DNA from: Thermoplasmata archaeon
GTDB lineage: Archaea > Thermoplasmatota > Thermoplasmata > Lutacidiplasmatales > UBA184
Length of the DNA stretch: 64,000 nt
NCBI GenBank assembly: GCA_049584655.1
Contig: JBAUYF010000007.1
Span: forward strand, 27,288 to 91,287
Direction of reading: 5' to 3'
Under the pieces are notes generated by a model. The model worked only from the letters and a program-made list of their open reading frames with translations, had not been told where the DNA came from and ran no database searches. The position numbers and the translations under genes were made by a program. Position 1 is the first letter of the stretch. Each line of letters starts with the position of its first letter. Below are positions 55,117-63,460 of the stretch, in pieces.

Positions 55117-55902
55117 ATGGAGATCAAGTGGCAGGATGAGGCAGGATCCTCCGGGCTCGAACCAGGCGCCGTCATTGTGTCGAGCTTCCCGAGCGCGGGA
55201 CTCGCCGCGACCGTTGCGGCGCATTACATGGTCCAAGCCCTCAAACTCCCCCGCATCGGAATCTTCGACGGGCCGGACATGGCGCCCATCGCCGTCGTAC
55301 AGGACGGCGTGGTGAATCCTCCGATCCGAGTCTACGGGCAGAAGGATTTTGCCGCGATCCTCTCGGAGTTTCCTCCGACTCCCGCCTTGGCGTCCGCGCT
55401 GGCGACGACGATCTTGAACGGCGCAATCCAGCGCAAGGCGCGGATGATTGTGTGTTTTGAGGGGGTGGTCCCGCACCCGTTGGAGGAGGGTCAGGATCCG
55501 GCCGCGGAGGCCCCCGATGAAAAGGTCTGGGTTGCTTTTGCCCGCAAGGACCCGGCTATCACCAAGACGTTCGAGCCCACCCAGGCAGGACTGCTGGAGG
55601 ATGGGGTACTCGGCGGAGTCTCCGGAGCGCTGCTCGTCCAGGGTATCAACCGCTCGATTCCCGTCGCCGTGTTACTCGTCAGCGCACGGGCGGTCGAAGG
55701 GCTTCCCGATCATCGGGCGGGCGCGGCGTTGATCGAAACGTTCGATCGGTTGCTCCCGGAGCTCAAGATCGATACGGGGCCTCTAAGAGTCGAAGCGGAG
55801 CGCATCGAACGAGCGCTACGCGCCGCGATGAAAACGCACGGAAAATCGGAAGCGGCGGGAAAGGCTATCGTCGAGCCGGCAAGCGCGGACATGTACCGGT
55901 AA
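55117..55902 (+). CDS. PAC2-family proteasome assembly chaperone-like protein
   Basis: 261 aa. VSSFPSAGLAATVAAHYMV near the N-terminus and the overall pattern resemble archaeal PAC2/PbaA-type proteins. Confidence 0.65.
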   Translation: MEIKWQDEAGSSGLEPGAVIVSSFPSAGLAATVAAHYMVQALKLPRIGIFDGPDMAPIAVVQDGVVNPPIRVYGQKDFAAILSEFPPTPALASALATTILNGAIQRKARMIVCFEGVVPHPLEEGQDPAAEAPDEKVWVAFARKDPAITKTFEPTQAGLLEDGVLGGVSGALLVQGINRSIPVAVLLVSARAVEGLPDHRAGAALIETFDRLLPELKIDTGPLRVEAERIERALRAAMKTHGKSEAAGKAIVEPASADMYR

Positions 55903-55928
55903 GGGTCCCCCGCGGCCGACGCCCCCGG

Positions 55929-56093
55929 CTAATAGGCGTCGGTATAGGTCAACAGGTAGAGGACGCCCCCGACCATCACGGTGAGGAGGATCAGGATCGA
56001 GATCGGATTGGAGGAAAAGACCGCGACCGTCAACCCGATCAACACAGCGGGGAGGAGGATCGCCAGGAGGAATGTCCAGAGCTTTCCGTCCAT
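55929..56093 (-). CDS. 54-aa two-TM membrane protein downstream of the FtsZ-like gene
   Basis: MDGKLWTFLLAILLPAVLIGLTVAVFSSNPISILILLTVMVGGVLYLLTYTDAY. ATG 56093, TAG 55929-55931. Same strand, 87 nt after the FtsZ-like stop. Below the ORF-track cutoff. Confidence 0.5.
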   Translation of the reverse strand: MDGKLWTFLLAILLPAVLIGLTVAVFSSNPISILILLTVMVGGVLYLLTYTDAY

Positions 56094-56180
56094 CGCAACC
56101 GCGAGGAGCCCGAGCTCCTCTTAACGATTCTAGCTCGAGGCGAGAGCGCCCCGACCGTCGATGACTCGGTTACCCACTCC

Positions 56181-57104
56181 TCAGTGGAGCGCCTCGGGGG
56201 GACGCGGAGGAGATTCGATCTCGAACGTCAACTCGGCCTCGTGGAACGACGGGCTGGCGGCAGGGGTAGGGGCGTAGGGGCCTAGTCGGGCGGGGCTCTC
56301 GGGCGGAAGCGAAACTTCGATCGTCAGGGGAGCCGACTCGGGGGGCTCGTTCATCGCCCGCCGCGCTCCGAGGGGCCGGGCCGCGGCCGCCGCTACGAGT
56401 GCTTCTGTGGGAATGAGATAGGCTTTCTCGATGTGACTCGCGATCGTTTCCGCCCAGTGTTGGTCCAGCTGGTTGAAAGGAAGCTTGCGCTGCCGCGCCG
56501 CCAGGTACTCGTTGTCGAGGACCTGGAGATTCGCACACCCACGTTGTTGCTTCGCGACGAACTCCTCCACGAAATGCAGGCGCGCCAGCCCACGATCCGC
56601 AACGGACCGGCGGTCCCCTTCCGCGAGGAAGGGCTTGATCACAAAGGCGGAGAGGATTTCGCACTGCCGTGCGGCGGCGCCAAGTACGTAAGGGAACGCT
56701 CCCGTTCCACTGCCGCCCCCCAGACTGCCGACGACGGTGACGAATGTGGCGCCCTCAAAGATTCGGTCCAGCGCCGGCTGCGCGGCGTGCGCCAGCATAC
56801 CGCCGACCACCGTGGAGCCACCGGTATCGGTCTCGACACCCGAATCGGGACCCAAGTAAACGCGTCGATCGAACTCCTCGAAACCCTGGACGCGGGGATC
56901 GCAGTTGATGGCTACGGTCTCGAGATAGCGAAGATGTCGGCGGGCGATGGCCCGGCCGACTTGGATAGCTCCGCCGCCGACAGCGGCCAAAACGAAACGG
57001 ACGTCGTGACCGAGCCGCAAGTCCTCCAACCCTTCGACCGCCGGGTCGGACGGCTCTTCCAGGTTGATCTCTCGGTTGGGTCCATCTCGTGCGGCCTCGT
57101 ACAT
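56181..57104 (-). CDS. FtsZ/tubulin-superfamily GTPase, N-terminal GTPase domain only, with Pro-rich repeat tail
   Basis: Start at ATG 57104 (GGGGAG 6 nt upstream). AVGGGA (T1), VAINCD, SLGGGSGTGAFP (tubulin signature), KPFLAEGDRR and VLDNEYL are collinear with the FtsZ N-domain. No T7-loop/C-domain. The tail carries LTIEVSLPP and LTFEIESPP repeats. Confidence 0.75.
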   Translation of the reverse strand: MYEAARDGPNREINLEEPSDPAVEGLEDLRLGHDVRFVLAAVGGGAIQVGRAIARRHLRYLETVAINCDPRVQGFEEFDRRVYLGPDSGVETDTGGSTVVGGMLAHAAQPALDRIFEGATFVTVVGSLGGGSGTGAFPYVLGAAARQCEILSAFVIKPFLAEGDRRSVADRGLARLHFVEEFVAKQQRGCANLQVLDNEYLAARQRKLPFNQLDQHWAETIASHIEKAYLIPTEALVAAAAARPLGARRAMNEPPESAPLTIEVSLPPESPARLGPYAPTPAASPSFHEAELTFEIESPPRPPEALH

Positions 57105-57141
57105 TGCAACTCCCCTGCGTCGTGTCTTCCCTTGCCGCTCC

Positions 57142-57669
57142 CTATCGACCGACGACCCCCTTTCGCTCCAAATCGCGGGCACTCTCTTGGAGGGCACCGA
57201 CTTGAGCCCGCTGTTCGGCGGCTTGCTGGACCGACGTGCGCGCGCGTTGGACGAGTTCGACGACCTTGAGTTCGAGCTCGGCTCGACGCACGAACTCGGC
57301 GAGGACATCGCCGATCGGGCGGTCGTTTCCGACAAGTCGAGCGTAGGCGCCCAGGGTTTCGATCTCATCGCTTCGCAGTCGAACGGGAACTTCGACGATT
57401 CCCGTAGGGTCCAAGCGGGCCGGGGGTGTGGCCGACAGCGCCCGAGCACGCAAGAAGCTGCGCAGCGCCTCTCGCATCAACTCCGAGCGGCTGGCAAACT
57501 CTCCGTTCGAGACGAACGAATCCAGCAGCTGGAGCTCTTTGCGGTTGCACCGTAGGGCGATGCGCTCATCCTCGCGACCCGCCAGGCGGTCTGCCGATTC
57601 TTTCGAACCTTCAGATGCCTTGTTGGGAGCGTTGTCGAACACGACTGGGCGCTGGTATGCAGAATGCAA
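57142..57669 (-). CDS. tandem ribbon-helix-helix (CopG/Arc-like) protein with C-terminal coiled coil
   Basis: RHH1 is RIALRCNRKELQLLDSFV...SRSELMREALRSFL. RHH2 is VEVPVRLRSDEIETLGAYARL...IGDVLAEFVRRAEL. A heptad-like tail follows. The listed TTG start abuts the TATA box, so GTG 57642 is a more likely start. Confidence 0.7.
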   Translation of the reverse strand: MHSAYQRPVVFDNAPNKASEGSKESADRLAGREDERIALRCNRKELQLLDSFVSNGEFASRSELMREALRSFLRARALSATPPARLDPTGIVEVPVRLRSDEIETLGAYARLVGNDRPIGDVLAEFVRRAELELKVVELVQRARTSVQQAAEQRAQVGALQESARDLERKGVVGR

Positions 57670-57670
57670 C

Positions 57671-57678
57671 TATTTAAA
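57671..57678 (-). promoter_or_regulatory. TATA box (TTTAAATA) for the RHH / FtsZ-like operon
   Basis: Perfect archaeal TATA consensus TTTAWATA on the minus strand in a locally AT-rich spacer. About 33 nt upstream of in-frame GTG 57642. Confidence 0.5.
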
Positions 57679-57814
57679 GAGATGCCATGGGCTGCGCCGA
57701 GCATTGCACCGGTACGTCCTAGCAGGAGTTCTATGACGTGTCGAACAAATTTTGATAGGCCGGAACTAGCGTCGATCGTGAAAATCTCACTGTATAACCG
57801 CTCCAAATTTTCGC

Positions 57815-57822
57815 AAAAAAAA
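57815..57822 (-). terminator. oligo-T terminator (T8 on minus strand) after pilin-like gene 57888..58739
   Basis: A8 on the plus strand, 66 nt downstream of the stop, in AT-rich spacer. Confidence 0.4.
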
Positions 57823-57887
57823 CACGCGCGAAGGTGCGACGTTGGAACGAACTACATTCAATCGCGCGCAGGATCGCGGTCGACTCT

Positions 57888-58739
57888 CTAATCGACTCCC
57901 GCGATGCCGTAGATCTGGATCGCGGCGAGAATGGTCGACGGGTATCCTTCGTAGGTCAGGTAGATCTCACACGCCCCCGGCACCACGAAGCACCAACCAG
58001 GAGCGCCGTGGAAGTCGTCCCCGTCGACGCAGGGGTTGCCGGAGTAACCCGGGGCGCAGTCCCCGCTGTAGTCGAGCGGGGTTCCCGGGGTGTGCGTGTA
58101 CAGGATGAACGTATCCCCATTGTTGACCACGCCGGAATAGTTCAGGAGCGGTACGAAAATCCCGAGCCGATTGTACAGTGTGCTATAGGACCCCGAGGGG
58201 ATGAACGTCCCGCACTCCCCGAGGTGGGGCGCGTTAGGGGCGGGTCCCGTGGAACTTCCCGGGAACCAGGTCATGGCCGCCAATGATCCTTGTACCAAGT
58301 AGGTCGTGTAGTTCTGCCCCAGAGCATTGGTCGCTCGGCAGACGAACGAGAACTGGATCTCATCCAGCGAGATATCATCGGGTGTGTGTTGGGTAAAAAC
58401 GATCTGCGTGGAATTCATCTGGGAGTAATTCCCGGTCGCCGTAGTATCACACTGATACGTGATCGCGTTTCCCAACGTCCAGGTGTGCGGGAGCACGTTG
58501 TTGACCCAGGGAAAGTGATACGAATCGAATGTACAGTCGGTCGGATCTCCCCAGACGGGATTCGAAGTGCCCGATCGAACCAGGTAGGAAAGCGTGGGAG
58601 CGGGAGTGGGAAGGTTGAGGTGGAACTCCCACAAGATCGAGCCGACGGCCACCGTCAGGCCGACCAGGAGGACCATCGAAATGATGGTGCTCACGGCCCG
58701 CAACGGCCCAACGCGCCGACGGGACCACTTTCGGACCAT
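57888..58739 (-). CDS. archaeal type IV pilin-like protein (class III signal peptide)
   Basis: N-terminus MVRKWSRRRVGPLRAVSTIISMVLLVGLTVAVGSIL has a basic leader, a small residue, then a hydrophobic helix (pilin_N/DUF1628-like). Four N-x-S/T sequons. Confidence 0.7.
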   Translation of the reverse strand: MVRKWSRRRVGPLRAVSTIISMVLLVGLTVAVGSILWEFHLNLPTPAPTLSYLVRSGTSNPVWGDPTDCTFDSYHFPWVNNVLPHTWTLGNAITYQCDTTATGNYSQMNSTQIVFTQHTPDDISLDEIQFSFVCRATNALGQNYTTYLVQGSLAAMTWFPGSSTGPAPNAPHLGECGTFIPSGSYSTLYNRLGIFVPLLNYSGVVNNGDTFILYTHTPGTPLDYSGDCAPGYSGNPCVDGDDFHGAPGWCFVVPGACEIYLTYEGYPSTILAAIQIYGIAGVD

Positions 58740-58962
58740 CGGCGTAAATACTTGGACTCGAGGGATATCTACTTTGCCTTGGCCGGGCTTTCCTCTCGAG
58801 AGCGAGATTCGCCCTCGTCGCGGATCCGGCGTCTATCGAGTGAGGAAGGGCGAGGAAGAAGAGCGGCCTCTCCCCGAGTGAGTGTGTGTCAATACGCATT
58901 GATATGCAGGCCGACTATTGACGATTTGTAAGTCGTTATTTGTCGTTTCCACTCGGCTATGC

Positions 58963-58971
58963 TTTTAAATA
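58963..58971 (+). promoter_or_regulatory. TATA box (TTTTAAATA) upstream of pilin gene 59030..59623
   Basis: Matches archaeal TATA consensus. About 60 nt upstream of the ATG, with GGAGG 10 nt before the ATG. Confidence 0.5.
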
Positions 58972-59029
58972 GGGGAGGCTTTCCATACGCATACCTGCGG
59001 GTCGAAGGACCCTCGGAGGAAAAAGGCGA

Positions 59030-59623
59030 ATGCACGTATTTGGACGGAAAGCGAGAAGTTGGAGAAAGGGGCGCAAGCGGGGAGTATCCCCGATCATCGC
59101 TACGATTTTGCTCGTGGCGATTACCGTGGTACTGGCTGCCGTGCTCTATATCCTCATCTCGGGATTGACGAAGGGACCCGGCAACACGCCGCTTAGCACG
59201 GCGTTTGGATTCGGAACAGCGACCCAAGTGAACCCGACAGCCACTACGGCTGGCGAGTGCACAGCAGCTCACTTCTGCTATGAGATCGCGATTAGCGAAG
59301 CGAGCGGCGGGCTCACGGCGAACGATATCCAGCTGAAGCTGACCACGAATACGGGCACGATCATTGCGGTGAACGACTTCTATGTCGATGCCGCGAACTT
59401 GGCCGTGAACGGTTATCTCGCGTCCGCCGTCAACCCCTCCGGGGCATGGGCGTCGACCGCGGGAACGGGTGGAGCAGCCGTCGAAATTACGGGCACGACC
59501 GTCATGACCGGCGCGATGGTCATGTGGATCGATATTACCGCGTCCGTATACGGCACCGGCGCCATCTTGACCGCGTTCGGACAGGGGTCGTTCTCGTCTT
59601 CGGTCTCGACCACCCTCCCGTAA
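59030..59623 (+). CDS. archaeal type IV pilin (class III signal peptide, pilin_N domain)
   Basis: KGRKRGVSPIIATILLVAITVVLAAVLY is the canonical archaeal prepilin N-terminus (cleavage expected after RG). Thr/Ala/Gly-rich beta domain. Confidence 0.8.
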   Translation: MHVFGRKARSWRKGRKRGVSPIIATILLVAITVVLAAVLYILISGLTKGPGNTPLSTAFGFGTATQVNPTATTAGECTAAHFCYEIAISEASGGLTANDIQLKLTTNTGTIIAVNDFYVDAANLAVNGYLASAVNPSGAWASTAGTGGAAVEITGTTVMTGAMVMWIDITASVYGTGAILTAFGQGSFSSSVSTTLP

Positions 59624-59753
59624 GTCAGTCGCAGCACGTCTAGACCAACCCTTTCCAATTCCCATTTTTCAACCGCCATTGCGGCGACCTTAGCGCCCGC
59701 GCGTCGGCGATCCAAACGCTTGCGCTGGGAACGTCTAAATAGGCCCCCTTGGA

Positions 59754-60980
59754 ATGATTTACCGAGAGGTCGTTGTGAGAAGGGCCAGTCGACGTGTTGC
59801 GCTTCGAACTCAGAATTTCCGACGCTCTCGGCGGTCCTTCCGCCGGAACGGCCGCGGGGTATCGGAGGTCGTCGCGACGATCCTGCTGCTCGGTCTCACC
59901 GTAACGTTGTTCTCCTCTATCTTTTTCTTCGTCAACACGTTTCCCCGACCTCCTTCCCAATCTGCCAGCCAGTTCCAGGGGTCGCTGCTCTTTACGCCGA
60001 ACGGTGGCTACATCACGAACGTCCTGATCTTGCACCTCTCCGGTCAAGTGCTGAGCTCGCCCGTGACGACGATCTACATGCGATCCTCGGCGAACCCGGG
60101 CTTCTACAGCGCCCAATACACGGTCGCGCAGGGGCTCAATGGCTCCAACTACTGGGCGCTCGGTCAGACCTGGAACATCTCGCTCACCTCCACGGGACCG
60201 CAGCCCGGGCCCTCTCCCAACGGCGACCCCGTCCCGGACAACATGACCGTCTACATCCTGTCGGGAACGCAGTTGATTTTCACTGTCACGCTCCCCGGTC
60301 AAGTGCCGGCGCTGGCCCCTTACTTTACGAATTTCGGAACCAAGCCGTCTCCCCCCGTGGTGGCGCAGGCCTTCAATATAACGATCTTCGTCTCAAGCAC
60401 CGATCTGAACACGCACTCGGTCTACGTGAACATCTCGCAGCTTCCGGGAGTGTCGGGCGCCTTGCTAAACGCCCAGAAGATGACGAAGGGCAGCTTACCG
60501 GGGGAATACTACTACAACGTCCCCGCCGGGGTGACTTCGAATACGGGGACCTACTACGTGGTGTTCAACGCTACCGATGCCATGACAGGCCTTCGGGGGG
60601 CGCAGGGCTTCGCCTTGACGATCCAGACGCCCAGCAGCCCATCCACGCTGCTCACCGTGGGGGCCGTCAACTTGACGGCTGTCTATCACGGAGGCACGAA
60701 ACCGGCGTACTTCTCCGCGATAGTTTCGGACCTGGCCGTCTCCGGGGGTACGGCGAACGTCACGGTTTGGTTCAACATCACGATCAACGGAGGCGCGTCC
60801 ACTACGATCGGCACGGCCGTCACCGGAACGGTGGGCCCGGGCGGGACCATCACCTTGAATTCCGCAGCGTTCAAGACGGCCGCGACGAGCGCCGCGGGTC
60901 AGAAATGGGTCCTGCTGGTCACGGCGACCGCAACCAGCTTGGGGACCGCCACGGGAACGATCTCGGGCGTCCTCAGTTAG
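59754..60980 (+). CDS. large archaeal pilin-like surface glycoprotein (class III signal peptide)
   Basis: RRNGRGVSEVVATILLLGLTVTLFSSIFFF prepilin-like N-terminus after an Arg-rich leader (alternative GTG start at codon 8). About 9 N-x-S/T sequons. Confidence 0.7.
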   Translation: MIYREVVVRRASRRVALRTQNFRRSRRSFRRNGRGVSEVVATILLLGLTVTLFSSIFFFVNTFPRPPSQSASQFQGSLLFTPNGGYITNVLILHLSGQVLSSPVTTIYMRSSANPGFYSAQYTVAQGLNGSNYWALGQTWNISLTSTGPQPGPSPNGDPVPDNMTVYILSGTQLIFTVTLPGQVPALAPYFTNFGTKPSPPVVAQAFNITIFVSSTDLNTHSVYVNISQLPGVSGALLNAQKMTKGSLPGEYYYNVPAGVTSNTGTYYVVFNATDAMTGLRGAQGFALTIQTPSSPSTLLTVGAVNLTAVYHGGTKPAYFSAIVSDLAVSGGTANVTVWFNITINGGASTTIGTAVTGTVGPGGTITLNSAAFKTAATSAAGQKWVLLVTATATSLGTATGTISGVLS

Positions 60981-62089
60981 CCCTGCGGACCCTTGTTTGC
61001 GGAGCGTAGCGGAGCTGACTCCGCACTATTCGGAAGCGAAACTCCGCACTTCCAGCATGACGTCTCGTTCGGATAGACGACGGCTTGGCAGTTTGGACAA
61101 CGGCGCTCGTCGACCGTCGAAGCGATGCTGGACCCCGCCGCGGTCCCCGGCGGCGCTGCGAGATTAGTCGGGCCCGATCCAGGATTCGCCGGCGGGGCCT
61201 GGGCGTTTGATTCCGCTCGGGCCGCTTCTTCCTTCCGGTTCGCTTCTCGCCGCTTGAACCAGATGTAGACGACCAGCGCGAAGAAGAAGACCCCGCCCAC
61301 GTAGAGGAAGACCTCGACGTAGAGACCCAGAATGACGCCCTCGAGGGTGGTGAAAAAGTCGCCCGTTACGGGACCCTCGATCCCTCCGCTGTAGCCGTTA
61401 TTCTCGTTCAGGAAGATCCAGTAGTTCGGCGTGGACTTGTTGGTGGACGCGTTGATGTTCCGGACCGCCAACCCCATCTGGAACCACCAGACGTTATTCC
61501 CGTTGAGCGCCAGGGGGATTTCGACCAGAGTCGTCCCGTTCGTATTCGGGGGGAACGTGTAATTGCCTACCACCAACGGGTAGGGGGTTCCGCAATTGGA
61601 CGAAGGGGGAGGAGAGGAGCCCGTGGCGCCCGGACAAGTGCTAACCCAGACGTTCAGCCATTGAGGGGTCCCATTTCCCGGGGGGATGTACTGGGGGTAG
61701 ACGGAGACGCTGAAATTGTAGGTCCCCCCGCTGTTGCCGAGGAAAGGTGATACCTGGGCATTCTGGAGCACGGAATTGCCGTTGCCGTTCGGCAAACTGG
61801 GATCCGAGCTACCCGGAGACGACGGAGTTCGCAATTCCTGCGCGTAAAAAACGGTGAAAGCGGGAGTTGCGATCAGGAGGGCGACGATCCCCAAGGTCGC
61901 GAGGTACCGGGGTCGCTTCATTCCGCCCAAGATGGGGACCGCGAGGCCGAAGATCAGGAACGCGGGGATCGCGATGAGAACGCCTAGGTAGGCGAGTGAC
62001 GCAAATAGGACGAGCGTGGCGAGGGCAATGAGAGCGATTCTTCCCCACCGAGTTGCGACGAAAGCCCTAAAGCCGCCCTTCCGCTCCAC
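60977..62089 (-). CDS. polytopic membrane protein with glycosylated extracellular domain and cytosolic C-terminal zinc ribbon
   Basis: Three N-terminal TM helices, a ~200-aa Asn/Gly/Pro-rich domain with 6 sequons, a further TM region, then RRCPNCQAVVYPNETSCWKCG. 4-nt convergent overlap with 59754..60980. Confidence 0.65.
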   Translation of the reverse strand: MERKGGFRAFVATRWGRIALIALATLVLFASLAYLGVLIAIPAFLIFGLAVPILGGMKRPRYLATLGIVALLIATPAFTVFYAQELRTPSSPGSSDPSLPNGNGNSVLQNAQVSPFLGNSGGTYNFSVSVYPQYIPPGNGTPQWLNVWVSTCPGATGSSPPPSSNCGTPYPLVVGNYTFPPNTNGTTLVEIPLALNGNNVWWFQMGLAVRNINASTNKSTPNYWIFLNENNGYSGGIEGPVTGDFFTTLEGVILGLYVEVFLYVGGVFFFALVVYIWFKRREANRKEEAARAESNAQAPPANPGSGPTNLAAPPGTAAGSSIASTVDERRCPNCQAVVYPNETSCWKCGVSLPNSAESAPLRSANKGPQG

Positions 62090-62302
62090 AGACGAGCGGA
62101 GGCGAGTCGGCCTTCCTAATTAAGCAGTGGGGGGCGGACCATCGTCGAGACAGCCGGAACTGACCCTCGACTCGCGCTGATCATCCTCGACGGCCTCGGA
62201 GATCTGCCCCATCCCGACACGGGCGGGCTTTCTCCGGTCGTAGCGGCTCGGACGCCGAATCTCGACCATTTACTCACGCTCGGGCAGTCCGGACAAGTCG
62301 TT

Positions 62303-63460
62303 GTGATCGGCCCTGGTGTGGCGCCCGAATCGGACGCAGGCGTCCTGGCGCTTCTCGGGTACGACCCCGTGCGCGACTCTCCGGGACGCGGCGTGCTCGA
62401 AGCCGAGGGGGTTGGAATATCCTTGGGCTCGGGAGATGTGGCACTCCGGCTAAACTTCGCCACGATCGATGGCGACGGCCAGGTCCTCGACTCGCGGGTC
62501 GGTCGATCCCTCGGGACCGCCGAAGCTGCCGAACTGGCCCGGTCTCTGACCGAAGCCGATACCCTCGGCCCGGAAGGGATTCGCGCCGAGGTCCGAGCCA
62601 CGGTTGGACATCGCGGCGTCCTTTGGCTCCACCCAGTGTCCGGCGATAGGCTCTCGGAGCAAGTGTCGAATTCAGACCCCTTCTACGAAAAGGTCGGAGG
62701 GATGGGACAGGCGCGAACCGCTCTCCAGCCGCGTCTCCTAGTTGTGCAGCCACTAGACCAATCGCCGGAGGCCGCACGGACCGCCCATGCGATCAACGAG
62801 TTTACTATGCGGGCCGGGAAAATTCTTGCCGGACATCGCGTGAACGCCCGCCGTGCGCTGGCGGGCAAACTGATTGCCAACGGCATTCTGCTTCGCAACG
62901 CCGGGCGACGGATCCCCGGAGTGCCCGCGCTCTTCACGCAAAAATACGGTATCGAAGGCGCCGCGGTGACCGAGATGCCCGTCGAACGCGGAATCGCTCG
63001 ATTGCTCGGGCTTGCCGACCTCTATGTGGGTCCAATGGGACCAGATCGAGCCGCCGGCTTCCGAGAGCGAGCGCTAGCCACGCGGCAAGCACTCGAGAAG
63101 TACCCGTTCGTCTACGTCCACCTCAAAGGCCCCGACGAGCCGGGGCATGACGGCAACGCTCGGCTCAAGCAAGAGATCGTGGAAGCGATTGATGCGTCAT
63201 TCTTCGGCCCTTTCATGAGCGGCCTCGATTGGAGCCGCACTCGTATCGCAATCACGGCCGACCACGCCACGCCGTGCATTCGAAAGGGGCATTCCGACGA
63301 CCCGGTGCCCCTCTTGATGGTCGGAGAGAGAGTCCCTCCTCCTAGCGCATCGGCCGCCCTGAAATTTGGGGACTCCACGTCCGCGCACGGGGATCTCGGC
63401 ACGCGACGCGGGAACGAGCTCATGGGGCTCTTACGTAGTCCCCGAAAAGAGACCCAGTGA
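62303..63460 (+). CDS. apgM: archaeal-type cofactor-independent phosphoglycerate mutase (true start probably upstream, near 62141)
   Basis: GYDPVRDSPGRGVLEAEGVGI, ALRLNFATID, YVHLKGPDEPGHDG and ITADHATP match ApgM. The conserved N-terminal LALIILDGLGD lies in-frame upstream of the first canonical start (see findings). Confidence 0.85.
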   Translation: MIGPGVAPESDAGVLALLGYDPVRDSPGRGVLEAEGVGISLGSGDVALRLNFATIDGDGQVLDSRVGRSLGTAEAAELARSLTEADTLGPEGIRAEVRATVGHRGVLWLHPVSGDRLSEQVSNSDPFYEKVGGMGQARTALQPRLLVVQPLDQSPEAARTAHAINEFTMRAGKILAGHRVNARRALAGKLIANGILLRNAGRRIPGVPALFTQKYGIEGAAVTEMPVERGIARLLGLADLYVGPMGPDRAAGFRERALATRQALEKYPFVYVHLKGPDEPGHDGNARLKQEIVEAIDASFFGPFMSGLDWSRTRIAITADHATPCIRKGHSDDPVPLLMVGERVPPPSASAALKFGDSTSAHGDLGTRRGNELMGLLRSPRKETQ

